Below, piece by piece: positions 40,196-52,424 of a stretch of DNA of 64,000 bases. The notes below the pieces were generated by a model that saw nothing but the letters and a program-made list of their open reading frames with translations, did no database searches and had not been told where the DNA came from. Origin of the DNA: Octopus sinensis (taxonomy: Eukaryota); the NCBI RefSeq assembly GCF_006345805.1, contig NC_043005.1:103664001-103728000 (forward strand), given 5' to 3'. Every line of letters starts with the position of its first letter. Position 1 is the stretch's first letter. A program made the translations under genes and the position numbers.

Positions 40196-40612
40196 CATTA
40201 TTATTATTATTATTATTATATTATTATTATCATCAACATTTCCAACCTCATTTTTGTCGTTATCAACATTTCCACATTTTTTTATTATCATTATCAACTT
40301 TTCCACTTTCATCATTATTTTAATCAACACCTCTACTATCTTTACTAATTATCACTGTTGTCATTATCAACACCTCCACCCTCATTATCGTCATTATCAA
40401 AGACTCCACCCACATTTTGATCATTATCAATACCTCCATTATAATTATCAGTGCTGTGATATAATTCATGATGTCAAATCACAAATTTAATAAATCCATT
40501 ACCATCCATGTTCTTTAAAGACAATGTAGGAATTAAGCATAACCATTAATATCACAGTTTGGTGAGAATTAGCATAATTAATGCAATAATTGAAGAAATC
40601 TTAAAATTTGTA

Positions 40613-40786
40613 TAGGCGTAGGAGTGGCTCTGGGGTAAGTAGCTTGCTTACCAACCACATGGTTCCGGGTTCAGTCCCACTATGTGGCACCTTGGGCAAG
40701 TGTCTTCTACTATAGCATTGGGCTGACCAGAGCCTTGTGAGTGGATCTGGTAGACAGAAACTGAAAGAAGCCCATCATATATATGT

Positions 40787-40840
<54 letters not shown>

Positions 40841-41250
40841 TGGAGTGGTTGGCATTAGGAAGGCATCCAGCTGTAGAAACAATGCCAGATCAGACGGAGC
40901 CTGGTGCAGCCTCCTGGCTTCCCAGACCCCAGTCAAACCGTCCAACCTGTGCTGGCATGGAAAACGGATGTTAAACGATGATGATGATGATCAGATATAT
41001 GTATGTATGTATGTATGTATGTACGTATGTATGTGTGTGTGTGTCAATATGTTAGTGTATCTGTGTTTATCCCCCCAACATCGCTTGACAACCGATGCTG
41101 GTGTGTTTACATCCCCGTAACTTAGTGGTTCGGCAAAAGAGACTGATAGAATAAGCACTAGGCTTACAAAGAATAAGTCCTGGAGTCGATTTGCACGACT
41201 AAAGGCAGTGCTCCAGCATGGCCACAGTCAAATGACTGAAACAAGTAAAA
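40613..41250 (+). mobile_element. SINE family A with a nested RTE 3' UTR fragment (40840-40990)
   Basis: Matches the consensus, with the insert in the internal TA tract. Confidence 0.8.
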
Positions 41251-41692
41251 TGAGTATCTTTGATGATAAAGACAACTAATTCTAGTCAAAAAATGCAGGG
41301 GAGACAATTCTAAATTGTCATAAATTGAGTGATAGCAACAGAACAGCAAGTTCGATGTTAAGTATTGTGTTGGCATATTCAGACACATTCAGTGTTATTA
41401 GGCCTCGTCAATGAAAAGTAAGTTAACTGTAGATCTTTGCTGACTTAAAGAAGTATTTAGGATTTTTGTGAGTGGCTGCTGAGTGGAATTATAAAGTAAA
41501 AAGCCTCTCACTGACATTCCCTAACCTCAGAAAAATTCATTACTGCCAAATAGTCATCATACTTCACATTCTTTATTAAATAAAGTGAATGGAACTTTTC
41601 TTTGAGAAGAATATTGCTTTAAAAAAAGGTGAAAAGCTCTCATACAAATTTACATGTCAGTACAAAAGAGCAGCGGAGACTACTTTTATAAA

Positions 41693-41770
<78 letters not shown>

Positions 41771-42885
41771 AGAGATAGTCTCACAGAAGTTCTGATTGAA
41801 ACAGTGAACTATCTAGTAAAGTCTGTCATGTCACAATCTTGCTCTTATATATTTAAATATATTACACATATACATACATACACATATGTACAGCAATATA
41901 TATACATACATATATACACATACAAACATATATATACACACATATACACACATACATATACATAGTGAGTAAATACATAAACATAATGTACATAATAAAA
42001 TATATATACATATATATACAGACATGTATATACATACATATATATATATAACAAATATATATAATAATATATATATATATATATCTATATATTATATATA
42101 TACATACATATATATGTGTACATATATATATATACATATCTATTTACATATTATATACATACAGATATATACACATATATACATATATAGATACATACAT
42201 ATATATATCTATATATATATATATATATATAAACATACATACATATATACAAGCACATATATATATGTACATATATATATATATACATACACACATACAT
42301 ATATTTCTATATGCACAAACACACATGTACATATAGATATATTACTATATACATATATGTGTGTGTGTATGTGTGTGTCTGTCTGTCTGTCTGCGTCTAA
42401 GCGCACCAGGCAATCTTTTGATAGAACTAAAGAAATTATATTTCCATTGCTTTTTCAAATTGCTGATATTATCTTTTGGGTTGCCTAACATCTAACAGAA
42501 GTGACCCTATTCTTCACTGACAGCCCTCCTGTGACTGGAGTGTCACTTCTCTCATCTTTTAACCAACCCAACCCCAAAAGAACAGCAGGTGAAATTGACC
42601 ACAGGAAGATTTGAACTCAAAGTTCAGAGTGTTGCAAAAAAAACCACAAGGTATTTTGTCTTACACCCTAATAACTCTTCTAATCTGCATGCAGCCTTAT
42701 AGCTTTCTTAGCCATTTTTATTTGTTTCAGCCATCAGCCTGTGGCCATGCTGGAGCACCACTTTGAAGGATTTAGCCAAACAGATCAACCCCGGCACTTA
42801 TTTTTTTCAAGTCTTGCACATATTCTCTGTTGTCATGTGATGGTGGTGGTGGGGGGGGGGGACAAACACAGACATATATATATAT

Positions 42886-43310
42886 AGGCGCGGAAGTGGC
42901 TGTGTGGTAAGTAGCTTGCTTACCAACCACATAGTTCCGGGTTCAGTCCCACTGCATGGCATCTTGGGCAAGTGTCTTCTGCTATAGCCCCGGGCCGACC
43001 GATGCCTTGTGAATGGATTTGGTAGACGGAAACTGAAAGAAGCCCGTCGTATATATGTGTATATATATGTATGTATGTGTGTGTATATGTTTGTGTGTCT
43101 GTGTTTGTCCCCCCAACATCACTTGACAACTGATGCTGGTGTGTTTATGTCCCCCGTCACTTAGCGGTTCAGCAAAAGAGACCAATAGAATAAGTACTGG
43201 GCTTAGAAAGAATAAGTCCCAGGGTCGATTCGCTCGACTAAAGGCGGTGCTCCAGCATAGTCGCAGTCAAATGACTGAAACAAGTAAAAGAGTAAAAGAG
43301 AGTAAAGAGT
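42886..43310 (+). mobile_element. tRNA-derived SINE family A
   Basis: Matches the family consensus. Confidence 0.85.
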
Positions 43311-43639
43311 ATATGGTATATAGCCTGTATTCCCAACATTTATGGGAAGAAGAAGAAGAACAATGATGATGGTTTCAAATTTTTCCACAAAGGCAGCAAT
43401 TTGGGGGGAGGGGATGGGTTGATTATATCCCCCACAGCGTTTGACTGGTTCTTAATTTGTCCAACCCGAAAGGATGAATTGATCTCAGAACAGAACGGCA
43501 GACAAAATACTGCTCAGCATTTTGCCGCAATCACTTCTATCAGCTTGCTACCTTAATGATGATGATGATGATGATAATAATAATAATAATAACAATAATA
43601 ATAATAATAATAATAATTCTTTCTAATTTTTGTAATATT

Positions 43640-44188
43640 AAGATGAAAACAAGTAAGGCAAGGACCGCTTTTCACCTGTTAAAGAAAGTATGGAGCTCAA
43701 GTGTAATTTCAATAAAGAACAAAATAAGAATTTTGAACACTAACGTAAAAGCGGTGTTATTGTATGGGGCTGAGACATGGCGAACAACAGTTAAGTCAAA
43801 TAAGCAAATACAATCATTCATCAACAGATGCTTGCGTAGTACACTTAAAATTAGATGGCCCCAACACATAAGCAATAGGGAGCTATGGTAAAGAAGAAAT
43901 GAAGTTTCGATTAGGAAGCAAATATTTAAAAAAAAGAGGAAGTGGATTGGTAGCACAATTAGAAAAGACACACAAAATGTAGCGAAAAGTGCTTTACAGT
44001 GTAAACTGGATGGATATAGAAGGAGAGGTAGGCCTAAGAACTCGTGGCGGAGATCAACACAAAAGGAACTAGAGAAAGGGAGATATTCATGGCAGAGTAT
44101 TAGTACAGATGCCAAAAATTATGTGACATGGAATTCAACTATAAGTGGTCTATACTCCGCGTTGGAGGGTTAAAGGCAGAAAAAAAAA
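43640..44188 (+). mobile_element. RTE-clade LINE 3' fragment with A tail
   Basis: KARTAFHLLKKVW...VKAVLLYGAETW...RCLRSTLKIRWPQHISNRELW*...KWIGSTIRK...GYRRRGRPKNSW, ending in A-run 44180-44188. Confidence 0.85.
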
Positions 44189-44865
44189 TTGGGGTACAAG
44201 GCCAGTAAGTTTGAGAAGTGGAAAGCAATGCATCAAACCCTTTGTTCAACCAGTACTTATTTTATCAACTCTGAGAGGATGAAAGCAAAGTCAAATACGG
44301 CAGGATTTGAACCCCGAATGCAATGCGTCAGAAGAAATACCACTAAGCATTTATTCTGATATGCTAATGATTCAGCCAACCCACTGGCCTCGTAGTAACC
44401 ACGATGGTGGTGATGGTCATGGTAATTCTTTATTACAGTTACTATGAGCAATGGATGAAGGCACAATAGAGTGAGGGCAAGTTGCGAAAATTGTAGGGAG
44501 TGGCTTTATATTGAAATCCAATGAAATGGAAGGGAATTAGGGGTGTAGACGTGGTAAACAATAACAGTTACATGATAGAGGCCTTAGATAGGAGAAACCC
44601 CATCTGGAGCCAATCAAGGACCCTTTCAAATCCAGGATTAAACTGACCCCGATACATACATACAAACATAAGCAAACAAACACAGGAGTCTTACTCCTCG
44701 TAAATATTTCTATTGATATATCTATTCTTTGTATTTGTCAGTCTAATTATCTGTCTGTCAATGCACACACATACACACACACATATAATGCTTATACATA
44801 CAGGACACACACAGACACATACACACTACATGTCATTCCCCATTTATAAACATCAACATATATAC

Positions 44866-44927
<62 letters not shown>

Positions 44928-45073
44928 ATACACACATATATATATAAGAGAGAGAGAGAGGAGAAAGAGAGAGTAAGGGGGAACCAGACAGACGTACATT
45001 ATAAATAGATAAATATTCACATATTCACACACACACACACACATACAACACACACACACATGTATATACATCC

Positions 45074-45119
<46 letters not shown>

Positions 45120-45176
45120 CATGTATGTACGTGTGTGAATATATATATATATACATACATACTCACACGCACACAT

Positions 45177-47301
45177 TGTCAATAACATCCCCTTATTCCT
45201 GCATGAGAAGAGTTCATATTATCTGTTGAGGAATTTGGTTATTTAATTAACATCAAGGTCAGTTATTGCACAAATGTGCACACGTCGTTGCATGTTTTGC
45301 AATGCACGTTACTTCAGCATACTTCCTTTCAAGTAGCATTGCTTGCAAATGCATATTTAAGGACGCTTTTCTGTTCCTTGCCATGTTTGCAGTGCATATC
45401 TGCACGCAGTCACGTGACGGACGAAATAATAGCTGAAGATGTGATAGAAATTATGATGAAAACGTCAATGGCAGTGACGATGATGATGATAACGATGATT
45501 ATGATGATGGCAATGATAACAATTACTCAATCTACCGCTGCATATGGAGAGTAGAATTCCCCCAGGCACTCTCGTCCTTTGCATCCTCATTTAACAGACA
45601 TACTGGCTAACTGTAACTACCTCTCCCAAAAGTAATTTGAAAAATCCAAGGGCACCCATGCCGGTGGCATGTAAAAAGGCACCCACTACACTCTTGGAGT
45701 GGTTGGCATTTGGGAAGGGCATCCAGCTGTAGTAATCATACCAAATCAGATTGGAACCTGGTGTAGCTCTCCAGCTTACCAATTTCTTATTTCTTTACTA
45801 CCCACAAGGGGCTAAACATAGAGGGGACAAACAAGGACAGACAAAGGGATTAAGTCGATTACATCAACCCCAGTGCGTAACTGGTACTTATTTAATCGAC
45901 CCCGAAAGGATGAAAGACAAAGTCGACCTCAGCGGAATTTGAACTCGGAACGTAACGGCAGGCAAAATACCGCAAAGCATTTTGCCTGGCGTGCTAACGT
46001 TTCAGCCAGGTCGCCTTACCAATTTCTGTCAAACCGTGTAACCCATGCCAGCATGGAAACCAGATGCTAAATGATGATGGTGGTGGTGGTGGTGGTGGTG
46101 ATGAAACTGGTTGTCTTCAGTCCCAAGAATTCATCTAGACCATACAGTCTCTTAGATGAAAATCTGAGGACAAAAGAAAACTTTCAGCCCTTCTTGGTTA
46201 AAGGAAAGTGAAGGCAGGGAGCTTCCCGATCCACTCAGTGGACGGCCAGCTCTGCCCTAAACACAACAGCTGTTTATGCATGGGATGATAAATTTTAGAG
46301 GGGGGAAAAAAGGGCACAGATGATTAAATTAACTCCAGCAATTCATTAATATTTATTTTATTGACTCCCGGAGAGATGAAAGACACAATCGACCCGCACA
46401 CAATTAGAACCAGGAACAAATTAATGTTGAAAAGGGTGGGGAAGAAAAAATAAAACGGAGTCAAATCAAACAGCAAACATAATCAAATAAACTAGTAAAA
46501 CAAACATCGTCATCATCACCATAATAATCATTTGCTACTATTGTCATCATCGGTGTTGCTGTCATCATCATCATCACCTTGAACATTGTCACCATCATTG
46601 CGGCCACCACTGCCATCGTCGCAGTCGTCATCATCACCATTGTCATCATCATCACCATTATCATAACCATTGTCATCATCTTCATCATCACCATTATCAT
46701 AACCATTGTCATCATCTTCATCATCACCATTATCATAACCATTGTCATCATCTTCATCATCACCATTATCATCATCATTATTATCATCATCATCATCACC
46801 ATGAACATTGTCACCATCATTGCGGCCACCTCTGCCACCGTCGCAGTCGTCATCATCATCATCATCACCATTATCATCACCATCGTCATCATCATCATCA
46901 CCATCGTCATCACCATTGTCATCATCATCATCACCATGAACATTGTCACCATCATTGCAGTCACCTCTGCCACCGCTGCAGTCGTCATCATCATCATCAT
47001 CGCCAGCCATCGACGTTTTCATCATAATTTCTATCACATCTTCAGCTATTATTTCGTCCGTCACGTGACTGCGTGCAGATATGCACTGCAAACATGGCAA
47101 GGAACAGAAAAGCGTCCTTAAATATGCATTTGCAAGCAATGCTACTTGAAAGGAAGTATGCTGAAGTAACGTGCATTGCAAAACATGCAACGACGTGTGC
47201 ACATTTGTGCAATAACTGACCTTGATGTTAATTAAATAACCAAATTCCTCAACAGATAATATGAACTCTTCTCATGCAGGAATAAGGGGATGATATTGAC
47301 A
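45177..47301. repeat. 296-bp inverted repeat (45177-45472 / 47006-47301) with a 1.5-kb spacer
   Basis: The arms are reverse complements with about two mismatches. The ORF track shows the same 65-aa string on opposite strands. Confidence 0.95.
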
Positions 47302-47464
47302 TGTGTGCGTGTGTGTGAGTATGTATGTGCATGTATATACATATTTATGTGCATGGGTGTGTGCGTGTATATGTGTAAGTGTTTGTGTGTGTGTGTATGT
47401 GCATGTTTATACATGTGTGTGTGTATATTATGTATATATGTGTATATATATGTATGTATATATA

Positions 47465-47509
<45 letters not shown>

Positions 47510-48513
47510 CACGTGAGTAGAACTCATGTCTAGAAACCTTGTGACATATTTAGATTGTTGAAAAAAATTGGATAATATGGCCCCGGGAAGGGACCTTTAT
47601 ATCTACCTAAGAGAAACAACCCATACTACCTGCACAATATTTTTTTAAACACTCAAGGGAAATAACCCATTTCACTTTTTTAGGTTTGATTACTTTGAAT
47701 ATTAATTTTGCGTGTGTTCAATTACTAATTTTTGCAGACAATATCACGTTTTTACTTTATTTGATATGTGAATAGAACTCATGTCTGGAAACCTCATGAC
47801 ACATTGTTGAAAAAAATTGACAATAATGCCCTTCCAATGGATCCTCCTATCTACAACATATTACTTATATTTTATTTAAATAGCCCAAGGGAAATAACCC
47901 ATATCACCTGCAGATTTTAGCGAAGTGATCAATATTTGATATTCACAATCAGCCGACCGAATTCTTCATTTCACTACTCACAGTTTTGAACTGCTAAACA
48001 TTATTATTGCACTTCCTTAATTTGAATCTCTTCATTCATACATTTCTATACATACACACTTTTTTGAATGCCTATTACTCTGATGATTCTGCATTTTTAC
48101 AGTTACACTTTCTCCATGACAGTAGATATTTCTTTTTTCCACAACATATTTGTAGTGGCTTCATGCAGGCATAATGTGGATTTGATCCTCAATTGCCAAA
48201 TTTCACTTAACTCTTCAACAGCACTTTTCTCACGGTAAAACAATAGTTTTTCTGTAAATGTCAACCTCTCTTGACAACCTCCAACTACCTCTCTTGCCAA
48301 TCGCCAACAATCTTTTGCCCCAACCTCTGAAAACCTCTCTCACCAGCCTCCAACAATCTCTCCCTCCTCCAGCCGACAGTTTTTGTACTTTTTTATGATG
48401 GAAACTACACTTTTTGTGGCAGCTATAACGAAATTGCTTTTTTTTATATCTAAGCAATAAGGCATTTCAATAAAACATCTTTACCCTCGGAAATTACCAG
48501 GTACACCAGCTAG
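47510..48513 (+). mobile_element. Possible old Helitron-like element containing an internal direct repeat
   Basis: Ends ...CAGGTACACCAGCTAG|T. Diverged ~150-bp direct repeats at ~47513-47677 and ~47768-47910. Confidence 0.35.
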
Positions 48514-49171
48514 TAGATTTTAAATATATATAAAGTATAAACATATATTTATATGTATATATATATATATATATATACATATATATTTAGTGTATATCTA
48601 TATTTATATGTATATATTTATATAGATAGACAGACAGTCAGACAGATAGACAGACATCTATATATACTAGTTTAAAAGCCACCCTATATATAATTATATA
48701 TATATATATATATTTTTTTTTTTATTTTATCTAGTTTCAGCTCACGAGCTGTGGCCATACTGGGGCACCGCCATTTATATATATATATATGTATAAATTT
48801 ATGTATATTTATATATACTCACGGACATACACACACCTGTGCATATGTGGATGAAGTAGGATGTCCTGTACGTGTGCAGGTATGTGATTAAAAAGACAGA
48901 TATACAGACATGCGGATAAATAGATAGACAAACAGACAGACACTCTGATAAACAGGAAGACTAGATACATCAATAGACTAATTCATGCAGAAGAAAGCTG
49001 GTGCCCTGTATTGCTTGTTTCTTCTCTTCAGTTTGCTTTCTAGAACTGCATTCACTTTCTGAGACGATTTTAATTCTATCGTGCGATAACTTCATGGAAA
49101 TTATACCAGCCTGATATACATACACACATATATATATATACATGTGTGTGTGTATCTGTGTCTGTGTGTGA

Positions 49172-49223
<52 letters not shown>

Positions 49224-49359
49224 ATATATGTGTGTGTATATATATATATATGTATATTTATGTATATATATATATATGTATATATATATATGTATATATA
49301 GTTGTATATATATATATATATATGCATATATATATATAGATATATATACATATATATAC

Positions 49360-49392
<33 letters not shown>

Positions 49393-49486
49393 AGTATATT
49401 ATATGTGTGTGTGTGTGTATAAATATATTATATATATATATATATATATACATATATGTATGTGTATATATATACATATATATATG

Positions 49487-49519
<33 letters not shown>

Positions 49520-49669
49520 ATGAATATATATATATACATATATGTATGTGTATATATATATCTGTACACACACACATCATCATCATCGTTTAACACACAC
49601 ACACACACACAGAGTCTCACTCACATATTACACACTGACACAGACACACATTTTCATACACTCACAAAT

Positions 49670-49900
49670 GCACACATGTCAGCACCGTCCCACCATCCCC
49701 TAGTGTTAGCGTGAGAACGGTGCATATTATATCTGCTGGGAAATCTCGTTATTTAATTAACACCAAGGTCAGTCATTGCACACACATGTGCACGCATCGT
49801 TGCAAGCCTTGCAACACAAATAACAACATGCTTTCTCTCAACTAACATTGTTTTGTAAATGCATAGTTAAGGGAGCTTTTCTGTTTCTTTGTGACGCATG
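49670..49900 (+). repeat. Diverged third copy of the 45.2/47.1-kb module
   Basis: Collinear blocks CATCCCCT, CATATTAT, GTTATTTAATTAACA(C/T)CAAGGTCAGT(C/T)ATTGCACA, ATGTGCAC, TCGTTGCA, AAATGCATA and GCTTTTCTGTT. Confidence 0.85.
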
Positions 49901-50140
49901 TATAGGTGAGACTTAAGTAACGGCACACTCCGTTGTGTGAATGACTATAAGTATACTAAAGTTATTCTACACTGAACACTTCTCGTACTTTTTTTTATCA
50001 TGGTTGATACAAAACATACACACATAATTAGCATAGAAGACAGAAGTGTGTGTGCATGTGTATTTGTATCAGTATTTATTAATATGCACAAACATGCATA
50101 TATAAGCTGTATATAAATAAATGTATAAATATACATACAC

Positions 50141-50213
<73 letters not shown>

Positions 50214-50522
50214 ATCATCATTATCGTTTAGCGTCCTTTTTCCATGCTAGCATGGAAAACGGACGCTAAACGATGATGATGATGTACACACACACACACA
50301 CACACATATTATATATATATATGTTATATGTGTATGTATATTTATACATACATATACATTTATATATACACACATATTATATATACATATGCACATATAC
50401 ATTCATGTACATTTATATACATTGATGTACATATCTATATACACATTCATGTATGTATCATTACATATATATATCTATATCTGTTTATCTAGACAGACAG
50501 ATAGATAGATAGAAAGGCATAT

Positions 50523-50579
<57 letters not shown>

Positions 50580-50648
50580 CACACACACATATACATGTAT
50601 CAATACACACACATATATATATATCTGTGCATGTGTGTGTGCTTAATC

Positions 50649-50769
50649 AGAAGTGATGTTCCAAAAGTGACAGAAGGGCCAAGAGTTTGGCACATGGCAC
50701 TTATCAAAGAGACATGATAAGTGCCATGCATGAACATTTTGGCCCTTGAGTCACTTTCGTAACTTTTCT
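50649..50769. ncRNA. Long imperfect stem-loop in unique sequence (pre-miRNA-like or intronic RNA structure)
   Basis: CATGGCACTTATCA / TGATAAGTGCCATG form a perfect 14-bp stem around an 8-nt loop. It is extended by AAGGGCCAA/TTGGCCCTT and AAAGTGAC/GTCACTTT. Confidence 0.45.
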
Positions 50770-51056
50770 GCCAAATTATGAAAAAAAAAAAAAAAAAAAT
50801 TCGCGTTGAATTCTATCTCTCCTGTTTGTTCCCCAAAACTATACATCACTTTAAACACGTACAAAGTCTGTACTATATTCTACAAGAATTCCGACAACAA
50901 TACCTATCACACGAGTTTTTATTTCCAATTCAATTTTTACTGAAACAGGCCACCACTGGCAGTTTATCAATTTCAGCAAAGTATATTCTGGTGTCGAGAG
51001 TTACCGAGTCATATTTTGGAAACTAAAGCAATTGAGAATGGGAAACGTCAACTTAC

Positions 51057-51077
51057 TCAGCCAAAACATGTCTAACA
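51057..51077 (-). CDS. Candidate 21-nt microexon (LLDMFWL if spliced to the 66-nt exon)
   Basis: Very long U-rich tract ending TTTTTTTTAAG, exon TGTTAGACATGTTTTGGCTGA, donor GTAAGT. The phase-1 frame is open. Confidence 0.4.
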
Positions 51078-51336
51078 CTTAAAAAAAACACACAAAAAGA
51101 AAAAAAGGAAAATAAATAAAGATCTCAAATAATACTATGGAAATGGAAGTCACTGAAGTGGACACACAGGAGGGATGACTGCTGATACTGATGCTGACAC
51201 GTAACGCAACTGCACAGAAGTATGTGCTGCGTGTGGGGGGGAAATTTAGACATAGTAGAAGATAGCTAAAGGTAATAATTCAATATTTCTGATTATCATC
51301 TTCCTCTTCAGTGCATCATTATATTTCACCTTGATA

Positions 51337-51750
51337 GGTGGCAAGTTGGCAGAATCGTTAGCACAACAGGTGAAATGCTTAGCAGTATTTCGTCTGCCGC
51401 CACATTCTGAGTTCAAATTCCGCCGAGGTCGACTTTGACTTTCATCCTTTCAGGGTCAATTAAATAAGTACCAGTTACGCACTGGGTTCGATATAATTGA
51501 CTTAATCCGTTTGTCTGTCCTTGTTTGTCTCTTCTGTGTTTAGCCCATTGTGGGTAGTAAAGAAATAGGTATTTCGTCTGCGGTTACGTTCTGAGTTCAA
51601 ATTCCGCCGATGTCGACTTTGCCGTTCATCCTTTTGGGGTCGATTAAATAAGTACCAGTTACACACTGGGGTTGATATAATTGACTTAATCCGTTTGTCT
51701 GTCCTTGTTTGTCCCTTCTGTGTTTAGCCCCTCGTGGGTAGTAAAGAAAT
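51337..51750 (+). mobile_element. SINE family B (dimeric)
   Basis: Matches the consensus. An inverted dimeric partner lies at 52633-53033 and further copies at 60420-60850. Confidence 0.8.
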
Positions 51751-52029
51751 ATATATTTCACCTTGTTAATGCTCTGTGTTTAGGTGACTACGCAATGACA
51801 CCTTCCAAATAACCCTTTCTATAGCCCTCAAATTTTGTGGGAAGGGGCCAGCTGATTACACTGACCCTACTGCTTCACTGACATTTATTTTACTGATCCC
51901 AGAAACATGGAAAGCAAAGTCACTTCTGCAGAATTTGAACTCAGAACATAAAGACAGACGAACAACTGCTATTCATTTTTGTCTGGGGTGCTAATGATCC
52001 CGCTGGTTTGGGCGTATACCATCCAAATA

Positions 52030-52345
52030 ACGACAGGCACAAGAAATACATACATAATTTACATTATTTACATTCAAAGGATCTTTGTCCTCATCTTGTT
52101 TGTTGTTAACACGTTTCAGCTGATATACCCTCCAGCCTTCTTTAGGTGTCTTGGGGGAAATTTCAAACCTGGGTTCTCATTCCTAAGGTATCCTGCGATG
52201 TTATTATTATTATTACTATTATTATTATAATTATAATTATTGTTCATGTCAATGCTTGGAATCGAACTCGGAATCTTGAGGTTAGTAGCCTGTGCTCTTA
52301 ACCATTACGCCATATGCCTGTGGGCATATGGCGTAGTGGTTAAGA
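52030..52345 (-). mobile_element. tRNA-headed short element with a degenerate hammerhead and an inverted duplication of its 5' end
   Basis: Minus strand GGCATATGGCGTAATGGTTAAG...GAGTTCGATTCC (A and B boxes), then (AAT)n, then GACAC-CTAAAGA-AGGCTG...CAGCT-GAAAC-GTGTT at 52108-52150. The head is mirrored on the plus strand at ~52324-52344. Confidence 0.6.
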
Positions 52346-52424
52346 ACTACATATTGAAACTACAAGAACTACATATTGAAACTACAAGAACTACATATTG
52401 AAACTACAAGAACTACATATTGAA
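52342..52424. repeat. 22-bp tandem repeat, ~3.7 copies
   Basis: AAGAACTACATATTGAAACTAC units. Confidence 0.85.

Noticed and set aside
46528-47202. 224-aa Asp-rich ORF resembling acidic biomineral proteins
   Set aside because: It has a GTG start and no signal peptide. The frame is open because (GAT)n reads as poly-Asp, the poly-Met frame is open too, and the N-terminus is just the inverted-repeat arm.
52248-52320. Functional tRNA-Ser gene
   Set aside because: The acceptor stem does not pair fully, there is no long variable arm, and it is embedded in a repeat. It is treated as a SINE-type head.
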